The notes under the pieces were generated by a model. That model ran no database searches and was not told the DNA's origin. It worked only from the letters and a program-made list of their open reading frames with translations. A stretch of DNA of 14,641 nucleotides from a virus, in UHGV virus genome UHGV-0127656; one strand, 5' to 3'. Made by a program: the position numbers and the translations under genes. Below are positions 6,562 to 14,641 of the stretch, one piece after another (position 1 is the stretch's first letter; every line of letters starts with the position of its first letter).

Positions 6562-9069
6562 TTAATACCCATAAGCAACATACTGTGCATATACTTTATC
6601 AGTAGAGCTACTTTTTACTGTAAAACCAGTGGCTGAGTTGTTGTATGTATAAAGAATTGCATTAACAGCATTCCCGCTATTAGGTGAAATCACAACTACC
6701 GCACACGCCTCAGGAAAAGCAGTCGGAAATTTAACTACGCTTCCTGGAGTAACAGCCGCTATAATCCCCCACTGCATCATCACCTTAGTTGATGTATCCT
6801 TATGCCATCCATGAATGTTGGCATATGCTGTGTTTTTAGCCTGATATTTCGTGTTGAAATTACTATAGTTACCAGGGGTAATCTGACCAGCGGCAGATAA
6901 ATTCCCCATAACCCTTACATGACCATCAGCACGTCCTAATTCTACGCGACCATCACCGCCATCTATCTTTAATGGAGTGTAAACGACATCACCATTAACA
7001 TTTTGCCCAGTGGTTGATATCTGGAAACTATATCCAGTATTAGTTATTAGGAATCCATAGTTATTATTATAAGTTAGGCGTATAGCATTTTGGCTGCTGG
7101 ATATAATTTCACCGGTAACAGTACCACCTGTTGTTGGTAACGCACCAACATGACTTGCCGTTAATGTGATATCTGCAGAACCATCAAACTTAACACCGTT
7201 GATTGTGCGGGCTGTTTGCAGTTTTGTAGCGGTTGCAGCATTACCTGTTGTGTTCTGGTTACCGGCAATGTTCACACCCGGCAGGTCGATATTGGCGGTG
7301 CCATCAAATGCCACCCCGCCGATCGTTCGGGCCATCTTGAGCTTTGTGGCAGTATCTGCGTTTCCCGTCAAATTACCTGTAATGCCACCACTAACTGTTA
7401 CCCCATTACCGATGGACACCAACCCGGTTCTTAAATTTATAGCAAAAGGTCTTAATGGGCCGATGTCACCATTTTCTCCCTCACCTTCATTTGTCGGGAT
7501 AAGATGAAGATATTCCTCGGATCTCCTGAAGATAAGGCCAAAGTCCTGGTTAAATATTCGAAGGGCATTTATTGTGCCAATTTTTAGCTGCCCCCCCATT
7601 GTGTCGCCAGAACGCTGAACTGCGTTACCAGCTTGAGAAGCAATATCCGTTAAGCCAAGATCTTCAGGGGTCAGAGTAATATCTGCCGACCCATCAAATG
7701 CCACACCGTTAATCTTTCTGGCTGTTTTTAATTTCGTCGCAGTATCGGCGTTCCCGGTCAGCGTACCAGTGATCCCCGCGCTGAAAGTCTGGCGTGCACT
7801 CCAGGTATTAGCTGTGCTCAACAGGGGGAGCTTTTCTCCGCTGGTTCCGAGTTCTCTTAAACCAAGGTATTGGATAACAGCCAGTGTGCTTGTTTTAGCA
7901 AGAATATCGCGACCGACTGACGTTAAATCAGTCTGGGCTACAGTGTCTGTTCCGGTAAAGTACGGTAATTTATTTGCCCCCGTCGCCAGGTCAGCGAGCG
8001 CGGTTAAGGTTGCGTCGAGAGGCTGCTTACCTGCCAGGGCATTTGTCATTGTAGCCGCAAAGTTCGGGTCATTGCCCAGCGCCGCAGCAAGCTCATTAAG
8101 AGTATCAAGAGCTTCTGGTGATGAGCCGACCAATGCAGAAATAGCGGCACGAACATAAGCGGTTGTTGCAATCTGAGTGTTGTTCGTACCTTGTGACGCT
8201 GTAGGCGCTGTTGGCACCCCTGTAAATGCCGGGCTTAATAACGGTGCTTTAAGAGCTAAAGCAGCATTAATCGTCTGGCTAAACTGAGGATCATTGTTAA
8301 TTGCATCTGCAATTTTTTTCAGCGTATCCAACGCTGAAGGAGAACCATCAATAAGGGCGGTTATTGCGGCCTGAACAAAGGCAGTGTTTGCGATTTGTGT
8401 ACTGTTTGTACCTTGTTCCGGAGTTGGAGATTTAGGTATACCAATAAACTCCGGGCTATCAACCGGAGCTTTTAGTTTGTTTAACGTGCTGATAGCAAGA
8501 GGTGTTGCGGCTTTATATTCTTCGTCACTATCCAAAGCACTGGAAAACTCAACACCAACAGCACGATTAGCACGATATTCAGTGCTAATCATATCTGCGG
8601 TAACGGCTTGAGCATTGTCAGGCACGATCACGCGGCATAGCTCAATCTGGTTAGATGCTATTTCCTCATCAACGAGAGCAATAATTCTCGCTGCGCTAAT
8701 ATCCGATGAGCTATCTACCTGGCTGGTTTTCACTCCATGTTCGTAATTAGCTTCAAGAACGATGATTGTCGTTACACCAGCTTCTACAGGAACAAGAACA
8801 TCACTGACTTGCTGCACGGATATCTGACATTTACCCACGTCAATTGAAGCCGCCCCTCTTCCCTCTGTTTTCTCGGATGTAATACGCACAAACAGACCAT
8901 CCCCTGGCACCGGTTCAAACCCACAGTACACTCCGGGCAGAACGATATTTTTCATCTTCCTGTTTAGAGCTTCGGTGCTATACAGCTCAAAGTATTGCAT
9001 GTCTGCAATTAGTGGAGCGGAAATGTCCGAAGATAAGGTGACAATATTCTTTACTTTATCTGCGCACAT
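6562..9069 (-). CDS. Tail fiber protein (835 aa) with a central region resembling the P2 gpH / P1 S / Mu S / lambda Stf family and a distinct C-terminal receptor-binding domain
   Basis: Segments such as 'SPAFTGVPTAPTASQGTNNTQIATTAYV...SSPEALDTLNELAAALGNDPNFAATMTNALAGKQPLDATLTAL...LPYFTGTD...LTSVGRDILAK' closely resemble P2 gpH as I recall it. Also carries repeated 'TGNADTATKLKTAR.INGV.FDGSADITL' units. ATG with GAGGGA upstream. Confidence 0.9.
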   Translation of the reverse strand: MCADKVKNIVTLSSDISAPLIADMQYFELYSTEALNRKMKNIVLPGVYCGFEPVPGDGLFVRITSEKTEGRGAASIDVGKCQISVQQVSDVLVPVEAGVTTIIVLEANYEHGVKTSQVDSSSDISAARIIALVDEEIASNQIELCRVIVPDNAQAVTADMISTEYRANRAVGVEFSSALDSDEEYKAATPLAISTLNKLKAPVDSPEFIGIPKSPTPEQGTNSTQIANTAFVQAAITALIDGSPSALDTLKKIADAINNDPQFSQTINAALALKAPLLSPAFTGVPTAPTASQGTNNTQIATTAYVRAAISALVGSSPEALDTLNELAAALGNDPNFAATMTNALAGKQPLDATLTALADLATGANKLPYFTGTDTVAQTDLTSVGRDILAKTSTLAVIQYLGLRELGTSGEKLPLLSTANTWSARQTFSAGITGTLTGNADTATKLKTARKINGVAFDGSADITLTPEDLGLTDIASQAGNAVQRSGDTMGGQLKIGTINALRIFNQDFGLIFRRSEEYLHLIPTNEGEGENGDIGPLRPFAINLRTGLVSIGNGVTVSGGITGNLTGNADTATKLKMARTIGGVAFDGTANIDLPGVNIAGNQNTTGNAATATKLQTARTINGVKFDGSADITLTASHVGALPTTGGTVTGEIISSSQNAIRLTYNNNYGFLITNTGYSFQISTTGQNVNGDVVYTPLKIDGGDGRVELGRADGHVRVMGNLSAAGQITPGNYSNFNTKYQAKNTAYANIHGWHKDTSTKVMMQWGIIAAVTPGSVVKFPTAFPEACAVVVISPNSGNAVNAILYTYNNSATGFTVKSSSTDKVYAQYVAYGY
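7159..7779 (-). repeat. Three copies of a ~110 bp coding repeat inside the tail fiber gene (7159-7269, 7279-7389, 7669-7779)
   Basis: Encode 'TGN(A/-)DTATKL(K/Q)(T/M)AR.I.GV.FDG.A.I.L' at about aa 431-467, 561-597 and 601-637. Confidence 0.7.
8059..8481 (-). repeat. Two tandem degenerate ~200 bp coding repeats inside the tail fiber gene (8059-8259 and 8281-8481)
   Basis: Encode paired units 'LKAP..SP.F.G.P.(A/S)PT...GTN.TQIA.TA(F/Y)V.AAI.AL...SP.ALDTL...A.A..NDP.F' at about aa 197-263 and 271-337. The DNA-level similarity is visible by eye. Confidence 0.7.
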
Positions 9070-9071
9070 AA

Positions 9072-9518
9072 TTATCCCTCGACCTGTTCAATGGTCATGA
9101 GCAAGCTGTATCGCTTACCTTTGAATAAGGTGTCCTGTTGAGTACAAACAACCCCAAAAGCCTGATCCTCTGCATCTACGAGAACCAGCGTATTGAAATC
9201 GTAAGGTGTATCGTCCGGCATCGTTTCTTGTGGAAAAGCGGCATTAATCGTAATGACACCATCGAGGCTGGAAAGAATGAGATTGGATTCAGCAAAATGC
9301 TGTGCATCACTTAACTTGAAGTCGAGCGGAATATCAGAAATAGTCCAGCCACCAGCACTATTTACCGTCACAAGATCGGACTTGCACCAATAAGCCTTTG
9401 TCATAACAAAACGCTCACCCCTGCCGATTGCAGACTCTGCACGGCGAGAGTAGTAGTAAGAAAGGAGTTGCGCCTTGTAAATACTTGAATCGCTTTGGGA
9501 TTTTAAAGTTTCAGCCAT
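9072..9518 (-). CDS. 148 aa protein immediately upstream of the tail fiber; probable tail/baseplate structural or fiber-attachment protein
   Basis: Tightly packed with the tail fiber gene (stop 3 nt before the fiber start). No recognisable motif; assignment by position only. Confidence 0.45.
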   Translation of the reverse strand: MAETLKSQSDSSIYKAQLLSYYYSRRAESAIGRGERFVMTKAYWCKSDLVTVNSAGGWTISDIPLDFKLSDAQHFAESNLILSSLDGVITINAAFPQETMPDDTPYDFNTLVLVDAEDQAFGVVCTQQDTLFKGKRYSLLMTIEQVEG

Positions 9519-9603
9519 ACGAACATAGCCCCTTTAACAAGCAATAAATCGAAGGGCAGTATGTTCAGTTTGTGATTTCCAGTGGTCTTTTGTTTTGAGA
9601 AAT

Positions 9604-9627
9604 GGCCCCACCCAGGTTGGTGGGGCC
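9604..9627. other. Perfect 9 bp GC-rich stem-loop (ggccccacc / ggtggggcc, 6 nt loop) in the intergenic gap between two tail genes
   Basis: Inverted repeat read directly from sequence; no clear T-tract on either strand. Confidence 0.5.
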
Positions 9628-9634
9628 TGGTTTG

Positions 9635-10477
9635 CTAAGGTGCAAAATTATAATCCAGCGCCCAGGCGTCGAGCGGGAGTTCATCGAGATGAAGCACTCT
9701 TTCCGTCGTCCGGTCTGGCCTTCCTGCGAACTGGATGCCGTCTAATTGAATGATCGTATCGCTAATAGATAGTTCATCGACCATCTCTTGCGTCGTGTAC
9801 ACCCCCTCAATAAAGGACACTTCCGCAGATAAGCAATTCAGGATCTCCGCCATTTCCGGCAATGTTGCGCTCAACTGGAAAGAAACACCATCAAACACGA
9901 TATGCAATGGCAATAGCGGCGCTATAACCGTATCAAAATCAGCAAGTAGCTTCTGTACAGCAACGTCTCTGTCATCGCTATCATAAGCTCGATACAGCTT
10001 ATTTTGGTTGACGACAACCAGCCCTCTGGATGTCAGGAAAAACTCACCATATTGTGCCTGAGCAGTCGGTATTTCATTTGCAGTCGCGAAGAATGAACCA
10101 TAGGGATGTTTTTCTGTATCGACAGGCGCATACAAAGGTTCCCATGAGACGGGGATTGTGCCAAATTCACGCCAGAACGTTTGCTCTATCGGCCTTACTG
10201 TTCCTTTGAAGTGCACCTCATCCAGTCGTTGAGCTAATAGCATTGGCCTGCGTGTTTTGTCCGTTTCTGTGATAACAAAGAAACGACCATATTCAGCAAT
10301 GCGAGTGTCCATATCCTCGCTTGCCATTGTGAAAAACGATTTACGGTTGCTTATTCGCGTGAGAATAGGTTCAACCGATTCATTCCACACGTCCTGAATC
10401 GTATCAACAAAGGTGGCCCACAATTTAGAATCCTGTTTAAATTGCGTCAGACGCTCTTTTAGCCAGTTATTCTGCAT
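9635..10477 (-). CDS. 280 aa tail/baseplate protein in the position of P2 gpI-type baseplate wedge proteins
   Basis: Follows the baseplate J-like gene with a 9 nt gap, inside an otherwise canonical W-J-I-fiber order. Sequence similarity to gpI is not clear by eye. Confidence 0.5.
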   Translation of the reverse strand: MQNNWLKERLTQFKQDSKLWATFVDTIQDVWNESVEPILTRISNRKSFFTMASEDMDTRIAEYGRFFVITETDKTRRPMLLAQRLDEVHFKGTVRPIEQTFWREFGTIPVSWEPLYAPVDTEKHPYGSFFATANEIPTAQAQYGEFFLTSRGLVVVNQNKLYRAYDSDDRDVAVQKLLADFDTVIAPLLPLHIVFDGVSFQLSATLPEMAEILNCLSAEVSFIEGVYTTQEMVDELSISDTIIQLDGIQFAGRPDRTTERVLHLDELPLDAWALDYNFAP

Positions 10478-10486
10478 TGTGACCTC

Positions 10487-11917
10487 TTACGGATAGGTTA
10501 TGCTGAACGTTGATGATTCCACGTCCAGATAAACAAAATCATTAAAGTACACTGCTTCTTTCATGTTCTGCGTAGCCACGTCATAAGACAGGAACATATC
10601 CAGCGATTCGATTACTCGCCAGATATCTTTTACTTTGACCTGTGCATAACATTGCTGTGAGTCGTCATCACTCTGCAATAGCTGGTTAAATGACATGGAG
10701 TCTTTACCGAAGTTCTCCTCCAGTGCCGCTTTAATTGCAGTTAGCGCGTCATCCACCAGCACACTCTTTTTTACGATACCGGTAAATTTGATGTTGAACG
10801 GCTGTTCATTGGTGGCGACGTATTCGAACTTCTTATTCAGCTCATTAGGGATACTCTCAAGGGCTGATAATATCTCTGTTTTCAGAGCTTCCTGTGTTAC
10901 GCCGGGCTTATGCCCACAAAAGAAAATTTTGTTGATATTACGCACATCAAAGCCCGTTATTTTCTCCTGTAGCGCCTCCCCCCACACGTTAAGCCATGAC
11001 GTGCCACTGACCACGTTCTGAATGAACTGGCGGTAATCACCGCCCCAAACAACCTGCTCATCGTAGGCCACATAATACTGCGCCCTGTTTCGGGTTTCCT
11101 CGGTAGTTTCCATGCCACCACCGCCAGAAATGATCGAATCGGTTTTTACTTCCAGTGATTCGACATACCCGGAGATGTTCCCTGCTGGTTCAAGTTTCTG
11201 GCCTTCAGCCAGCGTGTAATCACCGAGGCTTGCCATAATGTCAATGCGTACCTGACTCCCTGCCGCTGGCATCATCCCCATTGATCCATCACCGAAGCGC
11301 ACGCCGATCTGTTCTGTCGGCTTATAAACCAACACATAATGTTTACTGTTATCCCTGGACATGCGGAACAGGGGGTTATGTGTCCATTTTTCCTCGACAC
11401 CATTAGTTATCACGACAACTTCCAGGCTGGCGACTTCTGCTGTTAACTCACGGGAAAGTAACAGCGTCAAGAATGGTGTTTCTTGCACCACGTCGAACGT
11501 TACGCTGACTGCTTCATGCTGTTTTACTTCTATGCCGGGTACTGTTTCACCAGCAGGGATAACAACACTACTGCTGGTTGCAATTGGTGTCTGGTCACTT
11601 GTCAGTAATTCAGCCCCTCCGGGTAGAGTAATATCCCTGTCGGTTTTGTTGGTGATGGAAACAGTGCCGTATGACGCATCGACCAAACGACCGACATAGC
11701 CACGGTCTTCCGCTGCCGCGAGAATACTTGCTCTACGCGTCGCGGTGGAAATGAATCCTTCTGTAAGTGCACGGCTTGCAAATGTACGCGCAATATAAAC
11801 AATCTGCGCGCCCAAAACGGACTGCATTTGAATAAACTGGCTGTTTACAAATCGCGCCCACCAGGGGTTTTCGTTCAGCTTGGCATTAAACTTGTCCAGT
11901 AATTCGGTAATACTCAC
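10487..11917 (-). CDS. Baseplate J-like protein (476 aa)
   Basis: Size and position between a gp25/W-like gene and tail fiber genes. GTG start overlapping the stop of the W-like gene (GTGA). Confidence 0.65.
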   Translation of the reverse strand: MSITELLDKFNAKLNENPWWARFVNSQFIQMQSVLGAQIVYIARTFASRALTEGFISTATRRASILAAAEDRGYVGRLVDASYGTVSITNKTDRDITLPGGAELLTSDQTPIATSSSVVIPAGETVPGIEVKQHEAVSVTFDVVQETPFLTLLLSRELTAEVASLEVVVITNGVEEKWTHNPLFRMSRDNSKHYVLVYKPTEQIGVRFGDGSMGMMPAAGSQVRIDIMASLGDYTLAEGQKLEPAGNISGYVESLEVKTDSIISGGGGMETTEETRNRAQYYVAYDEQVVWGGDYRQFIQNVVSGTSWLNVWGEALQEKITGFDVRNINKIFFCGHKPGVTQEALKTEILSALESIPNELNKKFEYVATNEQPFNIKFTGIVKKSVLVDDALTAIKAALEENFGKDSMSFNQLLQSDDDSQQCYAQVKVKDIWRVIESLDMFLSYDVATQNMKEAVYFNDFVYLDVESSTFSITYP

Positions 11918-12288
11918 GCTGTATCTCCGCTATCTTTCTGCATAACAACATTCACGGTGCCTCCTTTTGCCTGGAAGCTAATTAGTAACTGGTCTTCAGA
12001 GACAGTCGCGCAGCGGATCGCCTGGAGTCCAAGCCCTGGTAAGTCCTGCTGTAGCTTCGTCATCATTCGCGCTTCAATCGCCACTTCAACAATGTGTGAC
12101 GTATCAGAACCGAAGGGTTCGTGTTTGAACTCCTCCATCGGATTCCCCCATGACGGCAATCCGTAAACGCTGCCATTTGGTGTCCGTAGCCATTCATCGA
12201 GTCGGGCTATCCAGGCGTTTGTGTCGCCTTCAGCGATCACCACCCCGCTCTCGTTTGTCTGAAGGCGGGCATCAATCTCATAAAGCAT
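11914..12288 (-). CDS. Baseplate wedge protein, GPW/gp25-like (124 aa)
   Basis: Small protein immediately upstream of the baseplate J-like gene; start 5 nt after the stop of the large upstream ORF. Assigned by size and synteny. Confidence 0.55.
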   Translation of the reverse strand: MLYEIDARLQTNESGVVIAEGDTNAWIARLDEWLRTPNGSVYGLPSWGNPMEEFKHEPFGSDTSHIVEVAIEARMMTKLQQDLPGLGLQAIRCATVSEDQLLISFQAKGGTVNVVMQKDSGDTA

Positions 12289-12293
12289 CGGTC

Positions 12294-14641
12294 TTAATCC
12301 TCCAGTAATTTGTCAAGAGATGGGTCATTGATAGTCGTGCTGGCACGCTGACGAGGTTGTGGTTGTGATGTGTTCACAACTTTGTCCTGATCGCCTTTTC
12401 GGTTGTCTTTGCTTACGCCAAGAATCTCTTTGAGAACGGAATAAACGTTCTCCAGTGCTTTCAACATAGCCGGATCGTTATTTGCGGTATCTGTTGTTAG
12501 CATCTGCCTTATTCCGCTTCGTGCGAGGTCCGTGACGATTGGTAGCTGCGGAGGCATTGCAAGGAACGGTTCTTTAGCAGCCACGCCCGAAGCAAACAGG
12601 CTTTGATTGATTGCGCCAGTTGTGTCCCTGATCGTATCCGCCGTTTTCTGTATGCCACCATTCAGCCAACCGCCAACACTCCTTGTTAACGGACTAATAG
12701 CGCGAGCAACATCGGTATTCTGTCCAGAGGACTGCAATACAAAGTCATTTAACATTCCGGTGCTATCAATACCGCCCACAAGTCGCGAGAGGTTATCTCC
12801 AACGGCGGGGAGGACGGCGGAGCCTACCTGGTTAAGCCCTGACACAGTTGAATCAAATAGCGAGCCAAAGAAGCCCCTGTCCTCACCTTCAACCACCTTG
12901 TAGCCGTTGTCGTACATCTGCACACCCGCCGGTGTCGATGTGGCACGCTTCTCGCTGATGGTTGCCGGACTCTCCGGAAGCAGGCCAATGGTTTCTGTAT
13001 CGCGGTTAACGTTGCGCTTTTGCTGTATAGCCGTAGTGATATCGGCGATCTGTTCCGCCTTCTGGAAACTAAAGTTTTTGCCCGTTGCTCTGGATATTTT
13101 TTCAACAAGAAACTTATCCAATTGCTTGGCTTTTGCTGCTAACGAGGACATCTCTTCCGGAGAACTGACAGGGCCGAGATTTAGCCCCATATTGGGATCT
13201 CCCCCAACTATCCCGGCGATGACGCCCCCAACACCGTCTGCACTCATTAACCGCTCCGTCAATCCGGCTGCGGCGGAAGAATTGCCACTAGCTTTCGCGT
13301 GGCTGATCGCCTGGGCATTTTCCTGTTGAGCTGCCTTCGGTTTTTTAGCTGCCTGTGCGTGTTGAACCACGTCAGTAGGGCTAGGCATTACAGCCTGGGC
13401 TACGCTTGACGCAGGAATAGCAGAAGATGAGCCGTTGGCGTATTTGACTTTGCTACCGACACTATATTGGGAGTTGCGAGCGATTAGAGGACCGCCCTTT
13501 TCCTTCTGGATTTTATTAATGTGTTCCAGCGTTTCATCATTGAATTGCCCTTCCCAACGCCCAGTTTTAGCGTTGAATGAACCAAGAGCTGTTTTGATGA
13601 AATTGTTGTTAACCGCCGGGTTACCCCCCTCCTTCGTCGCAATGGCGCGAACAAGGTGCGTCATAACTTCAGGGTTGCTAACGTCTATTTTATCGTTGGG
13701 GGATACCCCGAGATATTTGCTGACGTTTTCAATGTACTGATTGGTGTTGTTCTCTGTTGGTGGTGCCCATTTTGAAATGATGCTGGATACTGTTTGCAGC
13801 TTCTGATACCCGGCGGCAGCACTTGTACCGTTGTAATAACTCGATACCTGGTTTGCCAATGCCCGAATCCCTTCTTCGGGCGTATTAAACCGCGCAAAAC
13901 GCTGTTCGCCTTTCGCGTTCGGCGCTTCCAGTACCGCCCCCTCCTGATTTGCAAAAACCAGGTTCCCCAGGTTGTTATTCCGGTAATTCCTGTTCTTGGC
14001 GTTGCTTCCGCCTATATTCAGATCAGCCGTTATTGTATTTTTTTCAGGCGCTTTAAATTCGTCTGGCGATTTGTAGCCGTGTTCACCCACGCCATCCTCA
14101 CCTCTGCGCCCGCCCTGTAGCTGTCGGGCCAGATCATTAATTGCGGCTACCGTTTGCTTGGTGCCATCTTCAACGGCTTTCTTAACCTGCGCAGTGCCTT
14201 CGCTGCTTGATGAGAACGATTCTTTTAGGCTGCTGAATGCGTTCTTCGACGCGTCGATAGAACTATTTATGCCGCGAGCGATATTGCTGGTATCAAGACT
14301 CTGAAGTTTTTGTCCGACACCTTCAAAGCCTAGCGCGGACATCCCCTCGCCAATGAGGTTAGCCGCTCCCGTCACCAGACCGCCCATATCCAGGACGTTA
14401 GCAGCGGCGTAGGCGCTCTTTTGCTGTGTTGTAACGTCCTGCCCTTCCTTCAGGTTATAAGTCGCCCTCTGCGCTTCTGTGTCGCTGTAGCCGTCTACGG
14501 CATCATAACCAACCATAGCCACCTGGCCGATGACTGGAATCGCCCTGAATCCGGCCCTTGCGGCAACACCTCCGGCAGCTTTGAGAGCCACTTTTCCAGC
14601 TTCTTTTTTCGCGATGTTTTCACCAGTGGCACCGGCAACCT
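12294..14641 (-). CDS. Large tail protein, 5'-partial (C-terminal ~780 codons in window; tape-measure / injection-protein-like position)
   Basis: Frame is open from the stop at 12294 to the right window edge (the ORF-track start at 14591 is GTG and codons 14592-14639 contain no stop). Gly/Ser/Asn-rich, with a segment 'NNLGNLVFANQEGAVLEAPNAKGEQRFARFNTPEEGIRALANQV' that looks like a conserved globular domain. Sits directly upstream of the baseplate genes. Confidence 0.65.
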   Translation of the reverse strand, partial: VAGATGENIAKKEAGKVALKAAGGVAARAGFRAIPVIGQVAMVGYDAVDGYSDTEAQRATYNLKEGQDVTTQQKSAYAAANVLDMGGLVTGAANLIGEGMSALGFEGVGQKLQSLDTSNIARGINSSIDASKNAFSSLKESFSSSSEGTAQVKKAVEDGTKQTVAAINDLARQLQGGRRGEDGVGEHGYKSPDEFKAPEKNTITADLNIGGSNAKNRNYRNNNLGNLVFANQEGAVLEAPNAKGEQRFARFNTPEEGIRALANQVSSYYNGTSAAAGYQKLQTVSSIISKWAPPTENNTNQYIENVSKYLGVSPNDKIDVSNPEVMTHLVRAIATKEGGNPAVNNNFIKTALGSFNAKTGRWEGQFNDETLEHINKIQKEKGGPLIARNSQYSVGSKVKYANGSSSAIPASSVAQAVMPSPTDVVQHAQAAKKPKAAQQENAQAISHAKASGNSSAAAGLTERLMSADGVGGVIAGIVGGDPNMGLNLGPVSSPEEMSSLAAKAKQLDKFLVEKISRATGKNFSFQKAEQIADITTAIQQKRNVNRDTETIGLLPESPATISEKRATSTPAGVQMYDNGYKVVEGEDRGFFGSLFDSTVSGLNQVGSAVLPAVGDNLSRLVGGIDSTGMLNDFVLQSSGQNTDVARAISPLTRSVGGWLNGGIQKTADTIRDTTGAINQSLFASGVAAKEPFLAMPPQLPIVTDLARSGIRQMLTTDTANNDPAMLKALENVYSVLKEILGVSKDNRKGDQDKVVNTSQPQPRQRASTTINDPSLDKLLED

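Noticed and set aside
7166-8611. Plus-strand ORFs of 72-129 aa inside the tail fiber gene
   Set aside because: Antisense to a high-confidence tail fiber gene; their repetitiveness reflects the fiber's coding repeats read in the wrong frame.
12607-14120. ORFs of 89-140 aa on both strands within the large tail protein gene
   Set aside because: Overlap the long open frame; no independent signals.
1-14641. CRISPR array, tRNA/rRNA genes, integrase or transposase
   Set aside because: No regularly spaced direct repeats, no cloverleaf-like conserved tRNA sequence noticed by eye in intergenic regions, and no ORF with recombinase or transposase motifs; a tRNA scan would be needed to exclude tRNA fully.

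Overview
This window reads as the distal tail/baseplate end of a tailed prophage (or phage-plasmid) with almost all genes on the minus strand. From high to low coordinates: the C-terminal ~780 codons of a large tail protein open to the right window edge, then gp25/W-like, baseplate-J-like and two further tail proteins, a long multi-repeat tail fiber resembling the P2 gpH / P1 S / Mu S family, and a tail fiber assembly gene. Past a ~460 bp region with convergent hairpins lies a tightly overlapping five-gene operon: a 3-TM holin-like protein, a membrane-anchored protein, a ~205 aa protein, a 650 aa multi-domain protein with low-complexity linkers, and a 123 aa protein. Its gene order, protein sizes and an internal similarity between the 205 aa and 650 aa proteins fit the phage P1 darA antirestriction operon (lydA-lydB-hdf-darA-ddrA), and the whole layout fits a P1-like phage lacking the cin invertase and invertible segment. 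That assignment rests on architecture and my recollection of P1, not on a search, so the operon may instead be a diverged or uncharacterised accessory module. Beyond it are a separately transcribed 461 aa gene of unknown function and, on the plus strand at the left edge, a 5'-truncated hicB-like antitoxin gene. No tRNA, rRNA, CRISPR array, integrase or transposase was recognised.
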